Part shown: in pieces, positions 63,438 through 64,000 of the stretch | Position numbering within the stretch: position 1 is the first letter of the stretch | Layout: the number at the start of each line of letters is the position of its first letter | Source: Octopus vulgaris | Lineage: Eukaryota | DNA: 64,000 nt | Reading direction: 5' to 3' | Assembly: GCA_951406725.2 (NCBI GenBank) | Contig: OX597818.1 | Span: forward strand, 62,744,001-62,808,000 | Notes under the pieces: generated by a model | Databases searched by the model: none | The model's input: only the letters and a program-made list of their open reading frames with translations | What the model was told of the DNA's origin: nothing | Made by a program: the position numbers and the translations under genes

Positions 63438-63615
63438 GAGAGTTTACGAATAAAACAAAAGACGAAGACAGGCGGTGTACAAAACAAACAGATGTATTAG
63501 AATAACGCCCAGGAATAGAAAAAAGTATTTTACGTTTCGAGCCAACGCTCTTCTAAAGAAAGGGACACAGAAAAAACAAGGAGAGAAAAAAATGTGTGTA
63601 GTGGCTAACGATCTG
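63438..63615 (-). mobile_element. Second copy of the 23078-23265 hammerhead-bearing repeat
   Basis: Minus strand: cttt-CTTTAGA-a-GAGC-gttg-GCTC-GAAA-CG-TA-aaa; flanks ctaatacatctg.ttgtt and tagccacta are shared with 23078-23265. Confidence 0.75.
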
Positions 63616-64000
63616 TGAATATAAACATATAAACGTATATATATGCGTGCTATGAACAATGCAATTGAAAATCTCACTTCTTTCTAGTCCATAAGTAATT
63701 CGTTGCATGCCATGGTAGAGTGTGCAGTGACAGGGTACAGTATCGTGGAGGAATATGACGGGGCGAGTGTGTCCCGATGCCTATGGCCCTTTATACTTTC
63801 AATACACTCCCTGCTCTAGTTCTTCAAGAAAATCTGATTGGCCAACATGTAGACAATTTCTAAATATACACCAAGGATATGGCTGCTATGAAGAAACGAT
63901 AGAGCCATTTTAGGACAATCACGAAGATATAGAAATGTAGATTTACCAGGATATGTGTTCTTACATGGTTGTATAGCGACGAAGAATCACAATCGCTTCT

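Overview
This is AT-rich, microsatellite-dense eukaryotic DNA with no intact protein-coding gene that I can support; nearly all long ORFs in the track are translations of microsatellites or SINEs. The composition and SINE families look like an octopod (Octopus-like) intergenic or intronic region, which is an inference from recalled repeat families. The window is a mosaic of mobile elements. It holds three main tRNA-headed SINE families, remnants of non-LTR retrotransposons (RTE, R4/Dong-like, CR1/L2-like, Penelope-like), Tc1/mariner elements, two GG...CC MITEs with 8-bp TSDs and a non-autonomous Helitron. The most notable signal is a set of unrelated small elements carrying type I hammerhead ribozyme motifs with palindromic stem III, the Penelope/retrozyme type. 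One is essentially intact (55199-55271, minus strand), and an inverted copy of its downstream sequence starts within 1 nt of the predicted cleavage site. Another pair delimits a 340-nt tandem unit (29223-29563). Several share an extra purine-purine opposition at the base of stem II. Other notable features are a 5'-inverted RTE insertion with an 11-bp TSD, a Dong/R4 copy nested in the (TAA)n tail of another LINE, and recurrent head-to-tail SINE multimers with fixed re-entry points. Coordinates were read by eye, so ends of degraded elements are approximate.
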